A stretch of DNA of 64,000 bases from a virus: positions 1 to 64,000 of the IMG/VR virus record IMGVR_UViG_3300034198_015569; one strand, written 5' to 3'. Both the position numbers and the translations under genes were made by a program. The number at the start of each line of letters is the position of its first letter. Position 1 is the stretch's first letter. Shown one piece after another: positions 42,356 through 51,334 of the stretch. The notes under the pieces are model-generated. The model was not told where the DNA came from. It worked only from the letters and a program-made list of their open reading frames with translations, and ran no database searches.

Positions 42356-42748
42356 GTGTTTCTTTTAGATTATATTATGTACATTTATATAGGTAATGAA
42401 TTTCATTTTGTTGAATATGATTCCGATATTGAAAAAGAATATGACCAGAAGACACTACGTTTTCTTGGTTGTATGGAAGACCTATTCTCAGAATTAACTC
42501 TTCTAGATGCTTATGGCGCAGCAAATGAAGAAAACATTAAGTGGCTCATTTATGATGTTGGAAAGCGTCACATGGGCTCTAATAAGAAGCAACTATTAAA
42601 TGATTACTTTCGAGTAATGTATATGATTTGGGGCGGACGAGAAGAAGGTCCGCGTTGGGATACTTTCATCTGTATGTTTGGTGTTCAGAGATTTATTGAT
42701 GTTATGAAAGCCAGAATCGATGATCCATGGAGAATTGGATATGAGTGA
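42356..42748 (+). CDS. protein resembling the class I LysRS C-terminal anticodon-binding domain
   Basis: YDVGK...LNDYFRVMY....GREEGPRW..FI..FG resembles the FKALY..L.G..QGPR.G.F pattern of LysRS-I; AGGAGG SD with GTG start. Confidence 0.55.
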   Translation: MFLLDYIMYIYIGNEFHFVEYDSDIEKEYDQKTLRFLGCMEDLFSELTLLDAYGAANEENIKWLIYDVGKRHMGSNKKQLLNDYFRVMYMIWGGREEGPRWDTFICMFGVQRFIDVMKARIDDPWRIGYE

Positions 42749-42957
42749 ATGGTATAAAGTTGATGAAGAATTAGACCCATTATTTCAGGCGAAACGTAAA
42801 GCTATTTGTAACGCAACAGAGAATCTTTTAAGGTTTTATAAATGTGACTTTATTTCGTTTGAAGAATTTACATTCTTAACTAAAGAAAGATTAAAATTCA
42901 TACGAGAACATGATTTCTGCTATAGTGCAGAAAGAGGATATTATTGGAGAGTGAAAA

Positions 42958-43437
42958 ATGAAAATTAACTATATCAAGGGAAACCTTCTAGAAGCTCCTG
43001 ATTTTCTCATTGGACATGGTTGTAATGCACAGGGCGTTATGGGCTCTGGTGTTGCTAAGTATGTGCGTGAAAAGTGGCCCAATGCCTATGAAATCTATCA
43101 TAATGTATGTATAGAAGAGCCGAATAATTTGGGAGGAAGAGTCATTCCAGTTAACGTTGGTAATGATAAGTATGTTCTAAATATGATTACTCAGAATTTG
43201 TATGGTACAGATAGCCGTAAGGCTAATTATGAATATATCTATTCTGCATTCGAATCTATTAAAGAAGAAGTAAAAGCAGAAGGTTCTCTTGCTATTCCAT
43301 TCATTGGTTGCGGCCTCGCTGGTGGCTCTTGGCATATTATCAAGGCTATCATTGAGAAGGTCTTTGACGATACAGACATTTCTATCAACGTCTATTATGT
43401 GGACGATGTAGAATTTAAAAGAATTATGGAGAGTTGA
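42958..43437 (+). CDS. macro domain protein (ADP-ribose processing)
   Basis: GNLL...HGCNAQGVMGSGVA, IPFIGCGLAGGSW. Confidence 0.88.
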   Translation: MKINYIKGNLLEAPDFLIGHGCNAQGVMGSGVAKYVREKWPNAYEIYHNVCIEEPNNLGGRVIPVNVGNDKYVLNMITQNLYGTDSRKANYEYIYSAFESIKEEVKAEGSLAIPFIGCGLAGGSWHIIKAIIEKVFDDTDISINVYYVDDVEFKRIMES

Positions 43438-44513
43438 TTCGTGGAAAAGTTTCTTGATTATTTCACAACCATAGGAGTAGCTGGTTTCTTTATCGTTATG
43501 GGCGGGGTTGTCGGAACCCTAATTGGTGCAATTTTAACCTTCTATCCTATTACCTCTGCAATAGTAGTTGGTATTTTTGTTGTTTTTTCATTTATTTGGA
43601 GATTAAAAAAATATGGCAAACTTTTCTAATCAGATTTTTGTGAGTTCTGTAGATCAAAATAAACCTAAAACTTTATTTTTTGTACAAGTAAAGAATTCTG
43701 AAGATTTTCGCAAAACCCAAAGCCAACATCCTCATGGTGTAATTTTCGATAATATTCCTACAAAGGGGTTCAAGATTAACGGGGTTGAATCAACTTATTC
43801 TAATAAAAATAAATGGTTTCAAGTTATTGATCCTCGTGGTTTCATTGAACAAGTATCTGCTGATAATCTCGTGGATATCATGAAACATACGGGCGTTGAT
43901 AAAGGCGAGCTTACTGGTGAATATGTATGGGGAAAACAAGGCGGTTGGGCATTTCTTGCACGTCTTGACCATCCTGAACTTGTAAAGTATCTCAATCCTG
44001 TAGCAGACCCTATTGTAAATCCTGGCGATTATGTCAAATCTAATTATGTAGATGGCGTATATTGCGGAACGTTTTATGTCATGGAATATACTGAGAGATT
44101 GCAATATCCTCCCGGTTACTCTTATTGGAACAGTCGCAATAATGGTGTGCAACCAAAACAAATTCCATCTGTAAAAATGAGTAAAGATCGAAGTAAACTT
44201 GTATATAGAGATACAAATAAACATAAGTATTATGACTTCGTAAAATCATTTGGTAAAGATCATGTTGTTGCTTCAACTAATAATAATTTTCCTAAATTTG
44301 AAAATGGTTATGTGATTTACGAATATAGCAATATGAAGTTGTTGTTTGTTACAAAACAGGCTATGCTTAATTTTGATCAAACAAAACTTGCTGATTTGTA
44401 TAAACAACGTCCTAAGTGATAATTTTACAACAGTAAAAAAATATTTTCAAAATTGATCTTTTTTCTTGACCCCAAGCATAAATAAAATTATACTTGAGGA
44501 ATGAACAAAAGAT

Positions 44514-44589
44514 GGCTGTAGGGGGGTAGTGGAATCCCACCGTCCTCATAAGACGGACCAAGCTGGATCGAAGCCAGCTACAGCCACCA
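44514..44589 (+). tRNA. tRNA-Met(CAT)
   Basis: GGCTGTA/TACAGCC acceptor, CCGTC-CTCATAA-GACGG, T-loop ATCGAAG, CCA. Confidence 0.8.
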
Positions 44590-44602
44590 AATTCCTTAAT
44601 AT

Positions 44603-44678
44603 TCGCCTTTAGTTTAAATGGTAAAACACTTGATTCTGATTCAGGCAGATGTAGGTTCGAATCCTACAGGGCGATCCA
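44603..44678 (+). tRNA. tRNA-Gln(CTG)
   Basis: CTTGA-TTCTGAT-TCAGG; canonical T-arm; CCA. Confidence 0.85.
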
Positions 44679-45129
44679 ATATTATGAACCTGTGAAAATT
44701 ATATTCTAATACTTTTCCAATAAAAATTATTTACATAAAATCTCATTTTAGGGATTGACAATTTTATGATTTACGGTAAAATCATCAGTGCACACGATGC
44801 AATAACCTTTGAATACATTGGAGCAAACGGAAAGAACACTCCAATTCTATATGAAGATATTGATGGCAACCTATTCTATGTATTGAAATACAAATATCTT
44901 ATTAGTGAAGATTCTCCTATAGAAAATACATTAGCACATTTTGAAGTATTCTATGATAGAGCCCTTAATGTCATATTAATAGATAGTAGAGATTTATTAC
45001 ATTCGTTCAAATATGATGAGATATACGTAGTATATGTTGCAGATAATTCACGTATAAAAGATGGCACTATGAGATTTAAAATTTCTCCCATTACAATATT
45101 AGATATACATTCTTTAAAAGATTTATGAG

Positions 45130-45915
45130 GTGACAGTGAGTATTTTTGAAGCAAAACGTTTTCTTACACCAAGATTTAAAACTATTGTGGATGCATTAGC
45201 AGATTATAATAAAGAACATGATGCTACTTATTATTTCTCTGGTACATGTCTTACAAATGCTTATCATGGTTTTAAACAAACAGATATAGATTTTTTTATT
45301 AATCCTAAAGATACATCTAAGTATGCAGATGATATGGGAGCTTATTTAGAAAAATTATTTCAAGATGGGCAAATCGAAAACTATAGTATTTCAGAAGATT
45401 TCTTATATTCTTTGACTTACATTGATATTAATGACGTAAAGTTTAATCTTGTGGTTTCAGGTAATAATCCTTTAGAACAGATTGATTCTCACGATTTACA
45501 ACATACTCAATGGTTTACAAAGAATATTGAAGAAAACTTCTGGTTTGGTGAAGAGGAGAAGCAAGACTTCTTTTTCTACAGCTATCCAACAACTCGAATG
45601 GCAATTGAGAATAAATGGCTCTTGCCTACATTTGAATTTAGAAATTTGATCAATAAGGTAATGGCAAATATTGCTGAAGAAGATGAAATACATAGAGTGT
45701 GCAAAATGCTCCTACGTATTAAGAAATTCAAAGCAAGAGGAATGATTATTCCTGAACAGTCGGATTTTAAAAAGACAGTACGTTCTCTAACAACCAAGCT
45801 TAAAGATAGATATGAATTTGAAAAAGATACTAATATGTCATTTGATGTCGAATCGATGGGATTAGGTATTGCCCCTAAAGATGGTATTTTTGACGAAGAG
45901 GATATTTTAATATGA
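45130..45915 (+). CDS. putative nucleotidyltransferase-fold protein
   Basis: YFSGTCL...TDIDFF (G-x-DxD pattern) and R..KFKARG tail. Confidence 0.45.
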   Translation: MTVSIFEAKRFLTPRFKTIVDALADYNKEHDATYYFSGTCLTNAYHGFKQTDIDFFINPKDTSKYADDMGAYLEKLFQDGQIENYSISEDFLYSLTYIDINDVKFNLVVSGNNPLEQIDSHDLQHTQWFTKNIEENFWFGEEEKQDFFFYSYPTTRMAIENKWLLPTFEFRNLINKVMANIAEEDEIHRVCKMLLRIKKFKARGMIIPEQSDFKKTVRSLTTKLKDRYEFEKDTNMSFDVESMGLGIAPKDGIFDEEDILI

Positions 45916-46406
45916 CTGCATACAAAGCTCCTCAAGATTATCCTATGGGAAATAATGAAGAATACGTATTTCTTGCAGGTTCAATTGAAATGGGTAAAGC
46001 TGTAGAGTGGCAAACTCTTATTGAAAAAGAATTTGAAGGTTCGGGTATTAATACTCTAAACCCAAGACGTGATGATTGGGATAGTTCTTGGGTTCAAGAC
46101 CCAACTCCCGGAACTAAATTTCACGAACAGGTTACTTGGGAGTTGACGGGATTAGAAAATTCAGATATGATTGTTTTCTATTTTGATCCAAAGACACAAA
46201 GTCCGGTCACTCTTTTGGAATTGGGTAAGTGTTTAGAAAATAATGAAGATAAATTAATTTTTGTATGTTGCTCACCCGAATATTTTCGATACGGCAATGT
46301 AAAAATTATGTGTGATCGAGAGTTTGAGCGAAAAAGTTTAATTTTATTTTCTGAAAACTTTGATGATCTGGTTTCAGATATTCGACTGGCATTAGCATTT
46401 ATGTAA
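45912..46406 (+). CDS. nucleoside 2-deoxyribosyltransferase-like protein (second family)
   Basis: VFLAGSIEMGKA.EWQ, NPRRDDWDSSW, QVTWEL..LE, SPVTLLELG, YFRYGNV. Confidence 0.85.
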   Translation: MTAYKAPQDYPMGNNEEYVFLAGSIEMGKAVEWQTLIEKEFEGSGINTLNPRRDDWDSSWVQDPTPGTKFHEQVTWELTGLENSDMIVFYFDPKTQSPVTLLELGKCLENNEDKLIFVCCSPEYFRYGNVKIMCDREFERKSLILFSENFDDLVSDIRLALAFM

Positions 46407-46463
46407 AAAATAAATTAGTAGTTGACACAAAAATCAACTTAGTGTATAAATAGATAATCAAAG

Positions 46464-46556
46464 AAGCGCTTTGCTCTGGTGTACTCAACTGGTAAGAGAG
46501 CAAGCTGTTAACTTGTCATATGTTCGTTCGAATCGAACCATCAGAGCAAAGCGCTT
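46464..46556 (+). tRNA. tRNA-Asn(GTT)-like, no CCA, acceptor helix extended to 18 bp
   Basis: GCAAG-CTGTTAA-CTTGT; AAGCGCTTTGCTCTGGTG/CATCAGAGCAAAGCGCTT. Confidence 0.65.
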
Positions 46557-46561
46557 TTTAT

Positions 46562-46640
46562 TCCCGATAACCCGAGCTTGGCGCATGGGCTGTGCTGTTA
46601 ACACATGATTAGGCTGGTTCGATCCCAGCATCGGGAGCCA
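46562..46640 (+). tRNA. tRNA-Asn(GTT)
   Basis: TCCCGAT/ATCGGGA acceptor, TGTG-CTGTTAA-CACA, GCCA end. Confidence 0.82.
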
Positions 46641-46810
46641 ATTTTTGGAGATTGACAAATGGATGAAGAAAATCTTATTGTCGGTTTCCTTTTCGGACTA
46701 CTTATAATAACTATTATATTTAGTGCTGAATTAATAACATTATCTAATGAAAAACAACCTTCTATTGTAGATTATATTCGTCAAATAGAAAGTAAACGAA
46801 TTAAATAAAT

Positions 46811-46884
46811 GCGGGTATGGTATATAGATTGTGCCTTAGCCTTCCAAGCTAATGAAAAGGGTTTGAGTCCCTTTATCCGCTCCA
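46811..46884 (+). tRNA. tRNA-Gly(TCC)
   Basis: TTAGC-CTTCCAA-GCTAA; GCGGGT start; TCCA end. Confidence 0.88.
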
Positions 46885-46928
46885 ATACTAGTTTGTAGGT
46901 ATTCTGTGTTTACTTGAAACCTTCGAAT

Positions 46929-47006
46929 GCTCCTGGCGAATGGCTGGTGCCTGTTCGCTAGACTGAAAATCTAGAGGTAGTAGTTCGATTCTACTCGGGA
47001 GCACCA
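46929..47006 (+). tRNA. tRNA-Phe(GAA)
   Basis: CTAGA-CTGAAAA-TCTAG; T-arm; CCA. Confidence 0.85.
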
Positions 47007-47151
47007 TTTAAGTTGAGGAATCTGGACGCTCCCTTATCCTACTTTAAAATGGATAAAAAACCAGAAAGAATTTAGTTTGGGGGTTACATGTAGTGAGAGA
47101 GAAAGGTATCTTTCTTTTGTAGGTGAAAGCCCTACCCCTTAAGCCTTCAAT

Positions 47152-47226
47152 GCTCCTGTCGTCTACTGGCTAAGGCATTCAGTTGATACCTGAAAAAAGG
47201 ATGATCGAAACATCCCTGGAGCACCA
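47152..47226 (+). tRNA. tRNA-Ile(GAT)
   Basis: TTCAG-TTGATAC-CTGAA; T-loop ATCGAAA; CCA. Confidence 0.75.
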
Positions 47227-48386
47227 TATTTTATACAATAGATGAGGTTTGATGTACAATCTTTCAATTCCTGTTCCTGCGCCAGATTGTTCAAGTTTTA
47301 CTCCAATTTCATATGAATTTTTACATCCTTACAAAGCTATTTTGACTGACAAGGATGGAAATAAAGTTTTGACTGGTTATGGTATTGGTGAACTTATCCA
47401 TATTATGGAACCAAGCGTTCAACTTCTCGTTTGCGCATACGATTACTATAAAGAACTTCCTTTAGAAGGTGGTTATAAGTTGGAAGTGAATGATGATCTT
47501 CATCTTAAGAAAGTGTGGGTGCGATGATCGATGACAAAGGAGTTTTGGGTTTCAATTGCCATTTAAGTAAAAAGACTTGGAATGGAGTTGATTATTTTGT
47601 TCGTATCTATGCATGTCGTGGAATTGGAACAAAATATGACGAATTTTATAAGTGGTTAAACACTGTAAAGCATGTGACAACTTCATGTGATTGGCCCTGG
47701 CATTATTTTTATTTTGAAGATATGCGTGAAGAACAAATATTCTTGAGTAAATATGCTTCTAAATTTATTTATTTTGATGCACGGGAAGATGAATAATGGC
47801 TAAACTATCTGATTCTGATATTAGTGTATTAAAATTAATCCTTCGTTCTCCTAATCATGGGGCAGGATGGCGCCATGTGTCTGAACAGCTTTGGTTTATT
47901 ATTGAAGAATTTGAACGAAAAGAATTGCTTGAAATTAAGCCTTTAATGGTTCGATTTAGTGAACGTGGATTGGTCGTGATAGATTACATATGAAGACATG
48001 GTATTTTGCTAAGTGTAATAAATGTATGGAAGTTAAATATTTCTTTATAAATGATCCAATTTATACTCACGTTATGTTTGGTGATCAAGACAAATCTACT
48101 GAAATTAAACAATGGTTTATTAAACATTATGGTTGTGAATTAACTCTTGGATGGCGAGATGATCATTTAGATGAGCTTTGGGATGAAGGTTACGAGAATA
48201 AAGATTTATATTAATTAAAGTTTTGGGTTCGTGTTCCCATCACAATTTGATGCGGGCTATTCGCAAGATAGCTGCTAGTCTGGTTCGATTCCAGCCTTCT
48301 TTAAGCAACGCATCAATCTATTTTAAGAAAATGTAATTACAATGTAAATAGAAATGCTCGTAAGGCGAGTGATATTTGAAATAAAT

Positions 48387-48462
48387 GCGTGTGTAGTATA
48401 AAGGATAATTATTCCTGATTGCCAATCAGAAGACGAGGGTTCGAATCCCTCCACCCGCACCA
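48387..48462 (+). tRNA. tRNA-Gly(GCC)
   Basis: CTGA-TTGCCAA-TCAG; GAGGG-TTCGAAT-CCCTC; CCA. Confidence 0.82.
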
Positions 48463-48807
48463 GTTAAGGAACTTTGATATGAGTTTACTTGATGAAGTTT
48501 GGAAAGAATTCTTTGATCATGGTTTTGATAATGAAACCTATAATCGAATTCAAACCAACTGCCTAAAAATAGCTCAAGAGATTGATCCACGAACAACACA
48601 TGTTCATGTTGATATCGTCCCTGGTGCCAAAGAAGAAGATATTTACAAGGCTTATAAAGAGGCGATGAAACAGATTGCTTCCGGTGATTATGAAATAGTT
48701 GAAAGTTTTCATGAGGACTTTGACAATCCTCCTTTCACTGGTTCGAAAAAAATGACTGTCGAGGAATTTATAAAATCTCTTGACAAAGATAAAGAATCAG
48801 AGTAAGA

Positions 48808-49467
48808 TTATCTAGTGTGTGCGAAATACAATATATGTTGAATTATATTTTTAGATTTTAGTTCTTCGCTCATAATTAGAAGTAAATTTGGACAGGATGC
48901 TTGTCTGATATTATCATTATTTCTAATGTATCTTTTACCTTTAATTTCTATCCAAATTTGATAATCTGGTAAATAAAAATCGGGTACATAATACTTATTT
49001 ACATTGTTAATATCGTAATGAAATCTTATATTTGTATTTTTAAACCATCTAATATTAAATTTATCTAATAATTGACAAAAATATAATTCGGCACCGGAAT
49101 CTAATTGAAATCCTTTATAAATAGTTCGATGTACTCGTGTTGAATTTGGATGATAAGAATGTTTGTTCGAACAAGTTCTAGAACAATATTTTCTAGTTCT
49201 TGTGGCACAACTGTCATCAATAAATTGTTCATTGCACTCTTGACAAGTTAGAAGCGGTCTATTACAAATACGTTCAGATGGTTTCCAACGATTTTTTCCA
49301 CCTTTGCTCATATCGGCTTTGGATGGAAGAACATAATTCTCTTTAACTTTAGTTCTAATCTTTTCTCTTGTTTCTAGAGAATGATTACGTGAACTAGAAC
49401 AACTTCTGGAACAAAAAATTCCAGGTTTTTCATGAGATGAATTACATTTTGGGCAAGTTTTAGTCAT
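48808..49467 (-). CDS. Zn-ribbon + PD-(D/E)XK endonuclease (putative homing endonuclease)
   Basis: Two CxxC...FCSRSC/YCSRTC repeats; YVPDFYLPD..IWIEIKG; late promoter on the - strand at 49550-49557. Confidence 0.78.
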   Translation of the reverse strand: MTKTCPKCNSSHEKPGIFCSRSCSSSRNHSLETREKIRTKVKENYVLPSKADMSKGGKNRWKPSERICNRPLLTCQECNEQFIDDSCATRTRKYCSRTCSNKHSYHPNSTRVHRTIYKGFQLDSGAELYFCQLLDKFNIRWFKNTNIRFHYDINNVNKYYVPDFYLPDYQIWIEIKGKRYIRNNDNIRQASCPNLLLIMSEELKSKNIIQHILYFAHTR

Positions 49468-49470
49468 AAT

Positions 49471-49545
49471 GGTCCTATAGTATATGGTTTAACATTCTTA
49501 TCTGTCTAATAAGAGAATCGGGTTAGAGTCCCGATAGGATCGCCA
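49471..49545 (+). tRNA. tRNA-Asp(GTC)
   Basis: CTTAT-CTGTCTA-ATAAG; GCCA end. Confidence 0.8.
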
Positions 49546-49587
49546 TAATTATTTATAACAATGAGATTAAGTGAGTTTGATTATAAT

Positions 49588-49661
49588 GGGGTATGGGCTA
49601 GGACCCGGAAAATCCTTGCAAGATTTTAGCCTGATCGGGGCGGAACCGATATACTCCACCA
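49588..49661 (+). tRNA. tRNA-Ala(TGC), non-canonical D/T loops
   Basis: G3:U70 in GGGGTAT/ATACTCC; AAATC-CTTGCAA-GATTT; CCA. Confidence 0.75.
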
Positions 49662-49678
49662 TTTATTTTACCATTAAT

Positions 49679-49753
49679 GGGCTTTTAGTGCTAATGGGAA
49701 CACACTGCTTTTGCAAAGCAGAATCGACGGATCGTAACCGTCAAGGTCCACCA
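49679..49753 (+). tRNA. tRNA-Ala(TGC)
   Basis: G3:U70; CTGCT-TTTGCAA-AGCAG; CCA. Confidence 0.82.
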
Positions 49754-49805
49754 ATTTTCTTATTGTGCGGCAATTGCCGAAAGTAGAGTCGTTCTCTACA
49801 ATCCT

Positions 49806-49974
49806 AGAACGGATACTGCAATCTATCCCTAATAAGGAGGATTTCTTGAGCTTCGGCAAGACAGATATCTAGGGTGAGTTTTTGATATTTGAGCAATAAA
49901 GACTTGTTCTTGCGCTGCAAAAATCAATTGTTTCTCTCCTCATTGAATGAATAAAAAACAAGAAAGCCGTTCTG
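49806..49974 (+). ncRNA. distal member of the stem-RNA family found at 61-63 kb, with ~140-nt insert
   Basis: AGAACGG-ATACTGCAA...AAAG-CCGTTCT-GTTAAA matches the family 5' and 3' arms. Confidence 0.6.
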
Positions 49975-50525
49975 TTAAATTAAATTATGAACTTGTGAGG
50001 AAAAATGATTCTTAAAGATTTCCTAGAAGCGATTGAATTTCAAGTAAGAGAATGTGTACCTTATCATTGGTCATGTTATGGTGAACGTTGTATGATCATG
50101 GATGGATATAATGAATATGGTGAAGCATCTTGCGTTTATTCGCTAGAAACTTCACAAGTATTTGAAGTTTCTATCTCTGATAAGCTTGCTGATCGATATC
50201 AATACACATGGGTTGATCCTGATTATAAGGATGAATACGAAGCTGAAGCTAAGTCTCGTCATATTGAACCATATATGTGGCTTGATGGAGAAAAGTATTC
50301 TGTCACGGATTCTGAAGAAGATATTCTTGACAAGGTGACTGCAATTCTTAATAATAGAAGTTTCGATGAGACGGTAGTTATTACTTTAATAATGACACCA
50401 GAAGAAAAAATTCTTATTGAAACTGCGGCTGCAAATCTTGGTATCACGATTGATAAGTTTGTCGAGCGTGCTATTATGGAAGTTGCATACGAATTGGTAA
50501 ATTAATTTTATAAATAAAAATATAT

Positions 50526-50605
50526 TCCGGTTGGGGCTGCTAGGCGTGGCCGCATGGCTTTGAACCATGACAAACAGCCTCGTTCGAATCGAGGAACCGG
50601 AACCA
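50526..50605 (+). tRNA. tRNA-Gln(TTG)
   Basis: CATGG-CTTTGAA-CCATG; CCA; TATAAATA at 50509. Confidence 0.8.
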
Positions 50606-50609
50606 AAAT

Positions 50610-50686
50610 GCTCTACGACCCAGCTAGTGAAGGGGCTGTCCTGATAAGACAGTAGCCGCAAGGGGCGGAACCTTGGTGGAGCACCA
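50610..50686 (+). tRNA. tRNA-Ile(GAT), non-canonical T-loop
   Basis: CTGTC-CTGATAA-GACAG; T-loop GGCGGAA; CCA. Confidence 0.75.
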
Positions 50687-50749
50687 TATATCATGATCCT
50701 GTGAATTATAATTTCTTAGATACAATCCTTAAATTGTGAGGTTTATATA

Positions 50750-51316
50750 ATGGAATTTTTTGTATTGGCTGGAATCACACTTTTTAATGTGTGGGGAGCC
50801 TTGATTTTACTTGCAGCTATTACAATCGCTTGTATACTTAGTTCCAATGAATATACATTGGCATCACTAGGAGTACTTTTAGTGGCCGCGACGGTTACGG
50901 CATTTTTCGGTCTAGCTCCTGTTTTTTCTTTTATCGTAAACAACCCATTGACTTTTGCGATTTGGGCTGTAATATATTTGGTAGTTGGAATCGTTTGGTC
51001 CATCTATAACTGGTGGGTTTTTGTAAAGAAAGTAAGAAATTACTATAATGAACAAAAAGCATCCTTAAGTAACAATCCTACGGAAAAAGATATTAAATTT
51101 GCTAGGGACCGAGTTGTAAATTATTTTGATTTGCTTTCTTTGCCTCCTAAGGCAATGGACCATAAATCACATATCATTTCCAGCATGGTATACTGGCCGA
51201 TGTCGATGATTTGGTATTTACTTGCTGATTTCCTAAAAGAAATTTTCACCAAGATTTTCAACTACTTCCGTAACCTTTATCAGAGTATTTCTGATAGTGT
51301 TTTTAAAGATATGTGA
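50750..51316 (+). CDS. multi-pass membrane protein
   Basis: Three to four hydrophobic helices. Confidence 0.7.
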   Translation: MEFFVLAGITLFNVWGALILLAAITIACILSSNEYTLASLGVLLVAATVTAFFGLAPVFSFIVNNPLTFAIWAVIYLVVGIVWSIYNWWVFVKKVRNYYNEQKASLSNNPTEKDIKFARDRVVNYFDLLSLPPKAMDHKSHIISSMVYWPMSMIWYLLADFLKEIFTKIFNYFRNLYQSISDSVFKDM

Positions 51317-51334
51317 TAGGAGAATTTTAATATT

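Noticed and set aside
49588-49753. tRNA-Cys(GCA) reading
   Set aside because: The 7-nt loops centre on TGC and both acceptors have G3:U70, so they are Ala.
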